The notes below the pieces were generated by a model. It did not search any database and was not told the DNA's origin. It saw nothing but the letters and a program-made list of their open reading frames with translations. Below are positions 40,801 through 53,080 of a stretch of DNA of 64,000 nt, one piece after another (the first letter of the stretch is position 1; each line of letters begins with the position of its first letter). Made by a program: the position numbers and the translations under genes. The stretch is from Octopus vulgaris (taxonomy: Eukaryota), in the NCBI GenBank assembly GCA_951406725.2, contig OX597835.1:50282001-50346000 (forward strand), written 5' to 3'.

Positions 40801-42440
40801 CCCTGGGCATGGATTCACTGAAGCTCCGGCGTTTGGCGATGGACTTGGTAAACACCCACAAAGTTATCAACCACCTCACCAACAACAACACTGAACACCT
40901 TTTTGATCTCCATGTGTCTAACACACATGGACATGCCTACAAAGTCAGAAAACAATACAGCTCCCATGACTTTCGGAAACATTTTTTCACGCTCAGAGTT
41001 GCTGAAGCATGGAATAAACTGCCTGCGTCAGTTGTTGACTGCCATGACACTGCATCTTTTAAGGCCCTCATGCTTTCCGAAATCCGCCGAAACTTCACCT
41101 GATTATATATACACTTTAGATGAGTTGTAGTGCACCTGAGCACTGTACACAATTATTATTATTATTATTATTTTATACTCTGATTACCTCAATTACTTTA
41201 TCTACCCATTTCTCAGCGATAAGTATACCCACGCCACCAACCCCGTCAGTGTTCCCTGCCCAGAAAATCTTGTACCTGCGTTCCTTGCCTGTGAGGAACC
41301 TAGCTGATCCTCCTCTCCACCTTATTTCTTGCATGCAACATATATCCACACATCTCCGTTCAAGCATCTCGACTATCTCACCAGACCTACCTTTCAGAGT
41401 GCCAACGTTGAGGGTGCCAACCCTGAGGGTGTGGGAGGCATGGGTTCTAGAGACCCTGGGACGGTGGACAGTAGCTTCGTGTACCTGAAAAGAAAGCTCG
41501 CATTTGGCAGAATTCATGTGCAAGAAATGAAGTAGTGAAGTAGCCTTCAGTACAACCTGCATAACACTAGCCTTTCATATTTTGCACTGTATGAACATTA
41601 CCTTACATAGGTCGAGACTAGGGGTAGGGAGGGGTAGGGATGGTGAGAGCATTTGCAGTCTTCATGGGAAGCAACCCCGGAATGGCATAGAATACGAACT
41701 TCCGGCATGTGTGGTGGGAGTGGGAGGGCGGGTGCACCGTAGGTTAGTAAGGTTCTGTTAAATCGGATCTAGCAAATGGGTTTGAAAAATCAGAGTGGCT
41801 GTGAACCGGGAGACAAGACTAAACGAAAAAAATGTTTGAGCTAGACAGGGTAATGAGGGAATACTGAAAGAATGAGGAACAATACAATGAGATGGAAATT
41901 GAAGAATAGTGAAAGAATAAAGATAAGTGCAAGATAGAAGGTAGTCGTAGCGAGGTTGAACAATTCACTTAGCTTTAGCCAATCATGATCTGTGCGTATT
42001 TCGTCTTTAGATATTTTGAAGCGAGTGGGGTTAACGATAATGCGATCGCTCTTTTATATATGGCGATGATGGTTATGGAAGGGGGGGGCATAGAGAGACC
42101 TAGGGAGAGAGATATGGCGATGATGGTTATGGGAAGAGGGGGACATAGAGAAACAGGGAGAGAGATAGGGTTAGTTAGAGAGAGAGTACAACGAACACGT
42201 GGCGATAAAGCGGTGTGAGGAAATTGACTAGGGATGGCATTGTCGATAATAAACATTTGATAAATAGGTTTGAAAATCAACATTATCGATAAATAGGTTT
42301 GAAAATCAGAAAAATCAGAGGGAATAATAATCATTATTGATAACTACTATAACATCGTGGCTTAGTAAGGTTCTGTTAATCGGAGCTAGCAAATGGGTTT
42401 GAAAAAATCAGAGGGAATAATCATTATTGATAGCTAGTAT
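34881..42440 (-). mobile_element. Full-length young RTE LINE (copy 2), split by a CR1-group insertion
   Basis: ORF pieces 41175-41562, 35991-38256 and 35473-36010 reassemble into one APE-RT-PHD ORF with intact QGSVLSPLLF and YADD. (GAT/GAC)n tail at 34881. Candidate TSD aacatc at 34875-34880 and 42441-42446. Confidence 0.95.
38257..41174 (+). mobile_element. 5'-truncated CR1-group LINE (ORF2: APE and RT) nested in RTE copy 2
   Basis: LNARSL, TETW, YRPP, GDFN, LDL, SDH; then NYRPVSLTS, YLDFAKAF, SGVPQGSVLGPLLF, YADD and FFTLRVAEAWNKLP. (ATT)n tail. 5-bp TSD atact at 38252-38256 and 41175-41179. One frameshift at 39787-39790. Confidence 0.95.
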
Positions 42441-42818
42441 AACATCTTGTATAAAGTCAAAACAAGGAAACACACACACGCACACATCATGACAGTTTTC
42501 CTTCGGTTTCCGCCTACAAAATCAGCTTTGGTTGGCCCTGGGCCATAGCAGGAAACACTTGCCTCTGTGTATATGCTTGTTTACATCTGATGCTTGCTTA
42601 CTCAAGTCATGCTGTTTACACACTCTCTATTGGCATTTCTCCTGTCTATTGATTACTCTTTTGCTTCATCCCATCAAAGCAGTGGAATAAGAGACCCCTT
42701 ACTTGAAAAACAGTAAGGATTAGCAACAGAAAGGGCATCCAGCTGTAAAATAATGTCATAATAATGCATTTAGCTAACCTATGCTAATGTGCTAAATTGG
42801 ATGTAAAAGGCAATGAAT

Positions 42819-42866
<48 letters not shown>

Positions 42867-43099
42867 TGGTTATATCCTTTAAGATTTCATTGTTATTTCT
42901 TGTTCTATCCCTTATTCTCCTTTCTCTACTTCTCTCTTTACCTAATTATTAAAAAAAAGAGCTCATTTGATGTTTCGTTAATATATTGTAAGAAAATCTA
43001 ATTATTATTAATTTTATCATCCTACAATCACCAGATTATTAAATATGGCCTAAATGTTGCAAAAACAAAAATCAAGTCTATTCTAGGAAAATAGAGAGC

Positions 43100-43520
43100 T
43101 GTCTGTATAGCTAGATAGGTAGATCAAACAGCTACCTGGCAAGCCAGATAAATATGGCTAGCTAATTAGTTAACTATGCTGATTGGACTGCTAAGTAGCT
43201 TGATAGGTAAATAGATAGCTAGCTACCTAGAAAGATAGATAAATAAGTAATTAGCTAGTTAGCTTAGGTGGACAGATGAGCAGATTGCTGGCTAGCTAGC
43301 TAAGATAGAGGGGTGGACAAATAGTTAAGTTGCCAAGATTGATAGAAGGACAAATAACTAGATAGCCAAGATAGCTACCTAGATGGACAAATAGTTAGGT
43401 TACCAAGGTAGCTGAACAAATAGCAAGCTAGCCAAGGTAACTAGATAGGTGAACAAATAGCTGGATAGCTAAGATAGATAGATGGACAGGTAACTAGCTA
43501 ATTAAGGAAGAGCAACTGTT
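43100..43520. repeat. Degenerate (TAGC/TAGA)n tetranucleotide-derived satellite
   Basis: Runs of agctagatag, tagctacct and gacaaatag. Confidence 0.75.
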
Positions 43521-43677
43521 GGATTAGTTGGACAGAGATAGAGAGAAGAAATGAGGTTGAAGAGAGCGGGGAGAGGAGGTTTAAACAATCTGATATTACC
43601 GAAAGGACAGATTGTAATCTAATTTATGTTAACCTACTTACTACAACTTATTATTTCAACACATGAAACAATAGATA

Positions 43678-44922
43678 CAGGGGTTGGACAAAATAATGGA
43701 AACGTCTTAAAATTTCAAACAAATTTATTTTGATATGGGGTAGGACCGCCTTTGGCAGTAATTACAGCTTGGATTCTATGAGGTATGGACTCGTACAAAG
43801 TTTGAATTGTTTCCAAAGGAATTTTTGTCCATTCTTCAGCTAAAATAGTCTCCAGTTCTTGTAGTGATGATGGTGGAGGATATCGACTCCTTACTTGTTT
43901 TTCTAAAATGCACCGTAAATCTTCAATAATAGTGAGATCTGGGGACTGGGGATGTTCAGCTGCACTAGAATGTTCCATTCAACAACAACTTTAGCTATGT
44001 GAATTGGTGCATTATCATCCTGAAAGGTTGCGTTTCCCTCTGGAAACAGTTCCACAACCATAGGATGAATTTGATCAGATAAAATACTTAAATAGTCTTG
44101 ACTATTAATTCTGCCATGAAGGGAAACCATTGGGCCAGTGGATTTCCAAGAAATAGCTACACAGATCCTCCTCTGTGCTTAACAGTTGGAAAAAGCAATC
44201 TGGGTCAAATGCTTCTTTTGGCTGTCTCCACATGTTTACTCGACCGGTGGTTGGAAATAAAATAATGGATGACTTGTCTGAGAAAATAACATTCTTCCAC
44301 TGCTCTAGGAACGAATTCTGTCAGTTTTTACTCCACTCTAAATGCTTTGCAACATTTGTTTTTGAAAGTAGTGGTTTTCTGATTGCAGCACTCCAGTGAA
44401 ATCCAGCTTTGTGCAACTCCTGGTGAACAGTTTTTGTGGAAACTGAGTTCTCTAGGTGGTCATTAAGCTCTGCAGTAATTTTGTGAGCTGTACTTTTGTG
44501 ATCCTTTCTAACAATTAGCGTAAGAGTCCGATGGTCCCTATCTGAAAGTTTTGGTTTTCTTCTAGAGTTTTATTTTGATGAGGAGGTTTTTCCCTCTTTT
44601 TCAAAGGCCATCATTACTTTCGAGACAGTATTTCTTGACACACCAAACATTTCAGTTGTTTTTTGTTATGCTAGCACCAACCATACAAGCACCAACAATT
44701 TGACCTCTTTGAAAGTCCAATAGATCTGTCATTTTAATGAATTTTAATTACCTTTTTCTGATGATATCTGAAAAGAAACAGCAATTTTAGCAAAACATAT
44801 TAAACAACACTAATAATAAATCAAAAAGACATAAAAGTAAACAAGCTTTTGATGGTTTTATAGATATTTCGAAATTATGGTGATATAATGCTAGGTGTTT
44901 CCATTATTTTATCCAACTCCTG
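43678..44922 (-). mobile_element. Full-length degenerate Tc1-family (DD34E-type) transposon
   Basis: TIRs caggggttggacaaaataatggaaac / gtttccattattttatccaactcctg with TA on both sides. Transposase pseudogene from ATG at 44732 (MTDLLDFQRGQIVGA) through FQDDNAPIH, PQSPDLTIIE and IQAVITAKGGPTPY. Confidence 0.93.
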
Positions 44923-46686
44923 TATGTTCCAGTCAGTTAGGGGAACCCAACTGATTAGAAATAGCAGCTAAATATCCTTCAAATCTCACCCTATCTTAAA
45001 GAGCATAAACAAATGAGACAATACATTATATGAAAAAATGCAGCATATTGATCAAGTTCTGAGAGTGTTGGATGGAATGCCCCATGTTATTTGTTCCAAA
45101 TCTCTGTGCTTTGAGTTCAAATCTCATCAAAGTCGAATCTACTTTTTCATCCTTTCAGGATTGCTAAAAAATTGTAGAACTCCTGGGCAGTTGAGTTGCT
45201 GGATAGTTAGTTCTTTGTGGCATCTGCTCTGGCTCAATGCATTTTGAGTTCAAATTCTGCCTCATCACTGAGAAATGGATGGTACTTCTGTCAAGAATGT
45301 TGCCCTATAGACAGTAATTTGAAAAACCAATTGAAACATAGTTTCCGTGAAAGATCTACCATCACCATAATATTAACAAAAATAACAAAAAAGCGTTGTA
45401 AGAAGTTTACTTCCAACCACATATCTGCTTATGTGTGTCTTTGTATCTGTGTTTGTCTCCCAACAGTGCTTGACAACCAGTGTTGGTGTGTTTATGTCCC
45501 TCTAATTTAGTGGTTTGACAAAAGAGACTGACAGAATAAGTACCAGGCTTAAAAAAATAAGTACTGGGGTCGATTCATTCGACTGAAACTTCTTCAAAGT
45601 GGTGCCCCAGCATGGCCACAGTCTAATAACTGAAGCAAATTAATGGATGTTGAGTCTAATGGAGACAGTGACAAGGGAAAGAAACCTTTGACGATTTGCT
45701 GTGCTTGAGAAGACAAGTCAAGCAAAATGAAAAAATCATAGCCGTGACCAATGCCAGTGACATGTAAAAGGTATCACTCTGTGGAGTGGCTGGTGTTTAG
45801 AAGGTCATCCAACTGTAGAAACTAATCCAAAACAGACAGAAGCCTGGTGCAGCTCTCCAGCTTACCACAGCTCCAGCCAAACTGTCTGACTCCTGCCAGT
45901 ATGCTCAATGATGATGGTGATGATGATATTATTGATTTTTAGGTATAAACTGTAAGGATTGCATTTTATTTACAATGGAATCCTACTGGAGGAAATAATA
46001 GAGGAGGTAAATGAGAGTCAGCTTGCCACCTGTATTTAGTATTCTGCAGACATCAAAGAAGGTCTTATTGATATCTTACAGTTGTGCTTTTGTAAGATTA
46101 TGCAGCAGACTCAGCTGAGTAAAGTGGAGTGATGTGAAATGTTTTACTCAAGGTACTTCATTTTCCCTATCTGGTCTGAGAATTGAACCTGTGACCTTAG
46201 GATTGTGAGCTGGTCTACAAGGCAACTTCATTTCACAGTAAAAACATATTTAACGAATAAAGTATTAAAAATCTAATGGAAATAAATGTGTGTTAAGATA
46301 AAGCAAGATGTTGATCAATAACTAAATATTGTTTTCCTTTCCAGGCAGGTGGTGGTAGTGGGGAAAGTATGGGAGACAATCTGGATATGTTTCAGTCTTA
46401 TTTAAAGCTTTTCTGTGAACTGAAGCAGTGAACTACTGCAATAATCTTATTATCATTCTGCTTGTCACTCCGTTACTTAGCCCATCTGTAATGCTTCCAA
46501 AAGATTAGTTGAGGGGGGGAAAGGGAGGGGAGGGAGAGGTGGTGGTGAGTGAAATGTGTTATTTTTTTTTTAACTAAGTATTTTTACTCTGTTACTTAGC
46601 CTGTCTGTTATGCTTTCATGTAATTAGTTGAAGGGAAAGATGAAGAGCAAAAGAAAAAAGAGAAAAAAGAGGGAGAGTGTTGTATA

Positions 46687-47066
46687 TCTCTCTCTATATA
46701 AACGGCAGTTTGTCTGTGCGTTTTCTGTGTGTCTGTTTTCTCGTACCCTCACTCTGACCACGGCTTTCAACCGATTCTGATGAAACTTGACACACACATA
46801 GCCCAATGTCATAATTCAAAACTAACGCAGCGAAAATTTTGAAAAGTTCCCCCAGTTCTGAAAAAAATCGATAAATTCGACATGGGGTCGAGAATCAGAA
46901 ACCCAAACCACAGACCGTCTAGGGGACGCAACTCCACCTTTTTTAACTCTCAAAAAAATTTACCATTTTTTTCCCATTTTTTTGCTATTTTTTGGCTATA
47001 ACTCTCTAAAAATGCTTTATAGTTATTTCCCTTACAAACCTGAGCAACGCCGGGCGATACTGCTAG
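46687..47066 (+). mobile_element. Non-autonomous Helitron
   Basis: Begins TC after A. Ends with a subterminal hairpin cc(t)gagcaacgccggg and CTAG followed by T. No TSD. Confidence 0.8.
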
Positions 47067-47889
47067 TTAAGTCTATAAAATTGTGCATAAAGTATATAAA
47101 GTTCATTGAGTGATCATTGTATTCCAATTTTCTTCACATTTCAATGAATAGCGCAAATGAACGACTCTCTTTTGATACAGACATAACACAGGCTACACTT
47201 TCAGGCTTTTGGGATAAAGTTTTCAGACGCAGCCCAATGAGTTTACCATTAATTCTGTAAAATATTCACAGGTCCCGCTAGTCTTGTATTCTTAGTGATA
47301 GAATCACTAAGAATACAAGATTGGCTATTTCTTGGTGTAGGAAAATAGGATTGTGTAGAAATCTGGTATTAATTAATAATATTGATTTTTTTTTATTCTG
47401 GTACAAAAATTCAAATTTGATGAAGTAGTGAAGGTTTTTCTCCTATTTCTACCACAACTTCTTCACAGATGTTTTATCTACACCAATTTTACATTGAATA
47501 TATATACACACAACTCAAACACACATACATTCACATACATATGCACACACATACACAAGTGTATGTGTATATCATAGCCATCATTACATGATTACTAAAT
47601 AAATCCTGAAAACCACTAAATTTATGATGAGCCAACACTAATAACAAACTGAAACACACACACACACTCACACTCTGTGTATATATATGTATATGTGTGT
47701 GTGTATATATGTATATGTATATGTATGTATAAATAATGATAATATCGATATTTAAATATCGATCTTATCTCGTGGCCAGCATGGGAATAAATACCATACA
47801 AAGGTAATAATAATTTAAACTATAAATAAGGGTATCTGAGAGGTACCACCATGCTGAAATAGCAGTCAAAACCCTGACCCTAAAACCAC

Positions 47890-48060
47890 CTGAAGTTGTC
47901 TGGAGGCTTTGGTTGTAGCCAAAGGCGATTTTATTGAATAAATTTACTGTTTAGTATTTCAAGATATTTTTATGTAATTTTGGTAAATATATCTATAAAA
48001 TGAGATGTAAGTGTTATTTCCATTTTTGCATGATTTAGACAACAATTCAGTCATTATGCC

Positions 48061-48063
<3 letters not shown>
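47890..48063 (+). mobile_element. Tc1/mariner (maT-like) 3' end fragment
   Basis: Encodes SCLEALVVAKGDFIE* and ends in ...gccctg followed by (TA)n. Confidence 0.6.
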
Positions 48064-48100
<37 letters not shown>

Positions 48101-48505
48101 AAATTAGAGACAAAACCACTATTATGCAAATCAAACAAAGAAAGACTTAAGCCAATACATAAAATATAAAATAATTTATATAAATTAAAATTTAAATAAT
48201 TGACATGACTCCCATCTCTGTAGTAACAGATAAACATGAATCTCATAGATCCAACTTTTCTGGTCGTTTTTCAGTTCCTATTATTGCAAATTCTAAACTT
48301 AATATATATCTATGTATGAAGCGATTGTATGCATGAATAAACTTCTTACAACTTTTTAATATCTCATCTCCTCAATTTTTGACAAATATGGTTGGATTTG
48401 GAGAACTTCATTCCATAAATTAATCATACATTTAAGATATATATATATATATATGTATGTGTATATGTATGTATATGTATGTGTATATGTATATGTGTAT
48501 TTGTA

Positions 48506-48660
48506 TCTCCTGCAACTTTTCTGGATGTTTCTTTGTTTAAGTTGTTGAATGCAGCCATAATCCTTGCCTTCAGGAGTTTAGTTGGTCTCTCACACATAAT
48601 AATCAATGAGGTTGCAGTCTGGGGAGTCAGGTGGCCAGATGCCAGGGGTGATGTGGTCAC
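48506..48660 (-). mobile_element. Tc1/mariner (maT-like) transposase fragment
   Basis: ITPGIWPPDSPDCNLIDYYV...LKARIMAAFNNLNKET, matching the WPPxSPDxNPxDY motif. Confidence 0.7.
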
Positions 48661-48857
48661 ATATGTATATACGTATATTTGTATATATATATATGTACAT
48701 GTATAAATTTATATATATATATATATGTGTGTATTTATGTATATATATATATATATTGTATAATCCAAACATGAACAGAGAGAAAACACAACAACGCGAG
48801 GATGTGGAACAAGTATAGTGTTATTGGGCACTCAGGAAAGGAAAGAAAGAAGGAGGA

Positions 48858-48890
48858 TTTAACGTTTCGAGTGGAGCTCTTCGTCAGAAA
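48858..48890 (-). ncRNA. Minimal type I hammerhead ribozyme with intact catalytic core, in a Penelope-like short element (about 48764-48953)
   Basis: Minus strand reads ttt-CTGACGA-a-gagctccactc-GAAAC-GTT-aaa: complete CUGANGA/GAAA/NUH core, short helix II and palindromic ACGU helix III. Confidence 0.75.
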
Positions 48891-48980
48891 CATAGGAAAA
48901 GGAAAGGTCCAAGGAAGGGAAAATAGAGAAAGAAAATCACCAACGATACACACGTGGTCACATATGTATATATGTATATT

Positions 48981-49025
<45 letters not shown>

Positions 49026-49075
49026 ATTTGTGTATATATATATATATATATACATATATGTATGTACATGTATAA

Positions 49076-49116
<41 letters not shown>

Positions 49117-49132
49117 ATAATTAACTCAGTAA

Positions 49133-49555
49133 TAAGTACCTTTACTAGGTACAAAGACATTTGTGTCTCAGCTAGACACACACAGGTGTTTTGTGATTTT
49201 AATGTATTTATAGTCTTGTTAACTCTGTAGTAAGTACCATTACCAATACAAAGCTAAACTGTGTATCATACACTAATCTACATGCAATTATTTACAAGCT
49301 CTATGTCGCAATTAGAATCACAAGACACCGATGTGATTCAGACATAAAAATTGCTTTTCAATGAGACTATTTAAGAAGAAATCCTGATGTGCTTTGATAT
49401 AAATAAATGTTTACTGAAATGTGTGAGATAGATAAAAGTCTTGTAATTTTACATAGAAATCTTCCAATTTTAATTGAAACATAAAGATTGAGGATAATTG
49501 TGTATAGATTGATATACGATCCATAGTTTTACTTTGTACCTGGTAAAGGTACTTA
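49133..49555. mobile_element. MITE with about 24-bp TIRs
   Basis: taagtacctttactaggtacaaag ... ctttgtacctggtaaaggtactta, plus a second left-end copy at about 49231. Confidence 0.7.
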
Positions 49556-50588
49556 GCTAATAAGACTGTAATTATTGCAAACTATTAATTTCCTTTTAAG
49601 AGATGAAATATCTGAAAAATATTTATATCTTCACTGTTTTACCCAGTTTGATCTCTGATCATTATCAGATGTCTTTTTCTTCAGTTTAAAAATAAAGATT
49701 CCCAATTAGAATGTAGACTTGTTCTATGTTTACATCCAATAACACTGTGTAACAAAATTATTATTTTGTTTTATTTGTTTTTGTTTTTTTTGTTGTTTTG
49801 GCCAGTAAGTGTTATTTTCCTCTTGCTTCAATCTAGAAACCAAAGGAAATGACCACTATTCCCTTCAAACTTTGCTTTTGTGACCTGGACATCAATGTTT
49901 GGAAACATTTCAAAGAGATTCAGCACTGAGTTGCTGAAGCCAAAATATCATTATAGCAAATATTCTGCTCAATACCACAGAATTGCTTGTCAGTTGTTAG
50001 ACCTCAATCACTTGAACATGTCCCTTAGTGGCTGACAATCTCTGATCATGAGCAGAAGTAGTTGTAGAGCATCATAGCCATATGTTGAGAGGGATTCTTT
50101 GGAATTTGAACAAATGTCACAAAAGCAAAGTTTGACAGAATATTAACCATTTTCCATCCTTGCAAGGGTAAGCAAATAGGTATCAACAGTTTCTACTGAA
50201 GGACAAAAGTCACGTTCCACAGTTTAATGAAACATCTGATGGCCATCCTATTCAGAGAGGGACCTGTCTTGTTCATATCCTATTCAGAGAGGGACCTGTC
50301 TTCTTCATATCCTTCACCAGGTATCGTTTCTACAGAAAAATACACTTTCTAACACCACTCACTTTACAGAGTGCACTGGATGCATTTTATCACTGCACCA
50401 GCACAGTGAGGCTTCTATGTCTTTTACAAGATTTCTCTCTACACCACATTGTTTCCATTTGTTCATCAACCATTTTTACAGGGTGGTTAGGTGCATTTTA
50501 CCATGGCTAAATGTTGTTGTTGATGATGATGTGTATATGTGTGCCTGTCCATAATTCATTCTGATAGTCTTTGTTTCTCATATTTTAG

Positions 50589-50632
50589 GTAATGTTGAAT
50601 TAACAGATTTACAGTTAAAGGCAGAAGCCTTG
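50589..50632 (+). CDS. VPS13: VPS13-family gene, 44-bp internal coding exon (probably coding exon 2)
   Basis: Acceptor tattttag, donor gtaagt. Reads (G)NVELTDLQLKAEAL, matching the chorein-N segment G-x-V-x-L-x-x-L-x-LK-x-x-AL. Enters in phase 1, exits in phase 0 and joins the next exon in frame. Confidence 0.9.
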
Positions 50633-52290
50633 GTAAGTTGAATATTTTTCTTCCAGTTTCTTTTATTCTTCCGAATGTCTATTTCATGTTTGGTTATATT
50701 AGGAACTAACTTAGAAAGGGTTAACACACAGTTTATGATACTCTGCACCATTGACCAAATTGTGGAAATTCTGACTTGAAAATTCTGTGAGCTGAAAATG
50801 GAGGGAAAATGAAGAAGATTGAATAATGTGACTGTTGCTTGGTTGAAAAAACTTTTGAAAAAACTTTTGAAAAATAGTAAAAAAAAAATGTCAATGGAAG
50901 ATGAACAGAAATCTTCTATTACTGATTCACTCACATTTTTAAACATTCTCATTTTTACTTGCTATGTGACTTATAATATAATCGACTGATTTATCATCAG
51001 TAATTTGGTCTCTTGATTCAGTCTTGCTCAAGTTGCACATCTGACAACTTTATAAATGACTGAATGGTTGATCAGAGAGAACCAACCTGATCGCAGACAC
51101 ATTGAAATGATTGCTATGGCATAGAAGTCTTTTAGAGTGTAATCTTTCTTCAGTGTGCTGCTAATGGGTATCTGAATGTTAATATCTTAAACTGAAAACC
51201 TAGTTTCACAGTTATGGAATGATAGGCATCTGTTGTTTTCAACAGCAATGAGCTTTCTGTTGTTTCGTCCACTGAATTATCTACTGTATTGCCAGCATAT
51301 AAGATGCACTTTTTATTTTTAAATATATCCAATACTTGCTCTGCATTTATTAATGTGGCTGTATTACAGATGAGAGACAAAATGTACCACAAACACATGT
51401 AGCCTTAACAGAATTCTCTGGTCGAATCACTGTGGCACAAAACGGGAAAATGCTGGACCTTTGGATTGCAGTTACAATCCATCCGATGGGTTTCTACAAA
51501 ATTTCTATCTTTTGTTTGCTTTTTTCTATTATCTTTCAGTCAGGAATGAAGGCAGTGCCTTGACCCTTTGCAGAACCTCTAAGACTGGTGGGAGGGAGGT
51601 GTCCTCAAAGTGGAAACCTGGCCCTAATGCAACACATTCTGCTAAAGGTATCCAAGGTGCTAGATGGAAGTGGGGGAGGGGGGGCAATACATTACATCTA
51701 CCACCCATGTAGGCCATAGCAGGATTTGAACTTAGAATGCAAGGTGTTGGAGAAAATGCTCCAAGGCATCCAACCCAACATTCTTACAGTTCTGTTAGTC
51801 CACCATCTTGGATTGGAACCTTTTTTTTTTATCATCTCCAGAAGGAAGAAAGACAAAGTTAACCTCAGTGGAATTTGAACACAACACTGATGTGTCAGAG
51901 CAAATACTGCACAGCATTCTATTTAAACACTCCAACCACTCTGCTACTTTGCTGTTGATTTGCCATTTTACTGACAATTTAACTTGGGTTGACTTGAGGT
52001 CAGAGTAAAAGACACTTGCCCAAGGTTTCATACAATTGGTCCAAATCTGGAAACTTGTGATTATGAAGCAAATGTCGTCCTAACTGCTTAGCCAAGCCTG
52101 TCGTAGCTAATGGAGGAGACCTGGGATCCTACTCATAAATTACTGATAAACTTTTGAGAGTTTTAAAGAATAAAACAGTTTATTGCAAGTTATGTTTTTT
52201 TCTTTCATGTTGAAGAGAAAATACTAATATATTTCTTGTACAAGTGAAAGCAAAAGTAAACAACATTGTCAGTTAAATTTTGACATCCAT

Positions 52291-52345
<55 letters not shown>

Positions 52346-52679
52346 GTATATATATGTATACTTCTTTCAGTCATTAGACTGTTGCCATGTTGGGGCCTTG
52401 AATTTCTTTTTAGTCAAATGAATCAACCAAAGTACTTGTCTATTTTAAAACTTGTTATTTATTCTATCATCTTTTTTGCAGAACCACTAAGTTATAAGGA
52501 CATAAACACACCAACACTGGTTGTCAAGTGGTGGTGGGGACCAAACATAAACACACACACACACACAGATACACATACATACACACACACAATGGGCTTC
52601 TTGCAGTTTCCATCTACCACATCCACCCACAAAGCTTTGGTCAGCCCAAAGTCATAGAGGGAGACACTTGTCCAAGGGA

Positions 52680-53080
52680 CTGTGCTGGTGGCACATAAAA
52701 AGCACCTTATAAGTGTTGGGCCTCATGGAGGCTAAAAGCATGTTTCAAGCATTGGGCCTCACGGAGGCTAAAAAGCACTTTTGTAGCAGTGGGCTTCTTG
52801 GAGGCAATGACAAATGACTGAGACCTTAAACAATATGCTATGCTTGAGAAGACACATTAAGCCAAGTGAAATTGTACTCATGGCAAATATTGGCATCATG
52901 TAACCGGCATCCATGCTGGTGACATCTAAAAGCACCCATTACATTCTTGGAGTGGTTGGCATTAGGAAGGGCATCCAACCATAGAAATCATGCCAAATCA
53001 GTCTTGTGCAGTCTTCCAGTATACCAGCCCTAGTCAAACCGTCCAACCCATGGACATTGGACGTTACAAGATGATGATGA
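52680..53080 (+). mobile_element. RTE-related 3' end with its own short tandem repeats
   Basis: gtgctggtggcac..aaaaagcacc, three copies of gggcctcacggaggc-like units, and a ccgtccaacccatg...gatgatgat tail. Confidence 0.65.

Noticed and set aside
48424-49230. ORFs with YI/IY runs (also the CV, HT and poly-H/T ORFs elsewhere)
   Set aside because: Translations of (TA)n, (TG)n and (CAC)n microsatellites.
50245-50312. 32-bp tandem duplication (similar short ones at about 24510-24552 and 29248-29290)
   Set aside because: Ordinary slippage duplications with no sign of function.
50581-50594. Recursive-splicing site (TAG|GTAATG) at the end of the long intron
   Set aside because: The GT is simply part of a conserved split Gly codon, and the donor match is weak.
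50578-50952. 124-aa minus-strand ORF overlapping the 44-bp exon
   Set aside because: No motifs; an AT-rich antisense ORF over a well-supported + strand exon.
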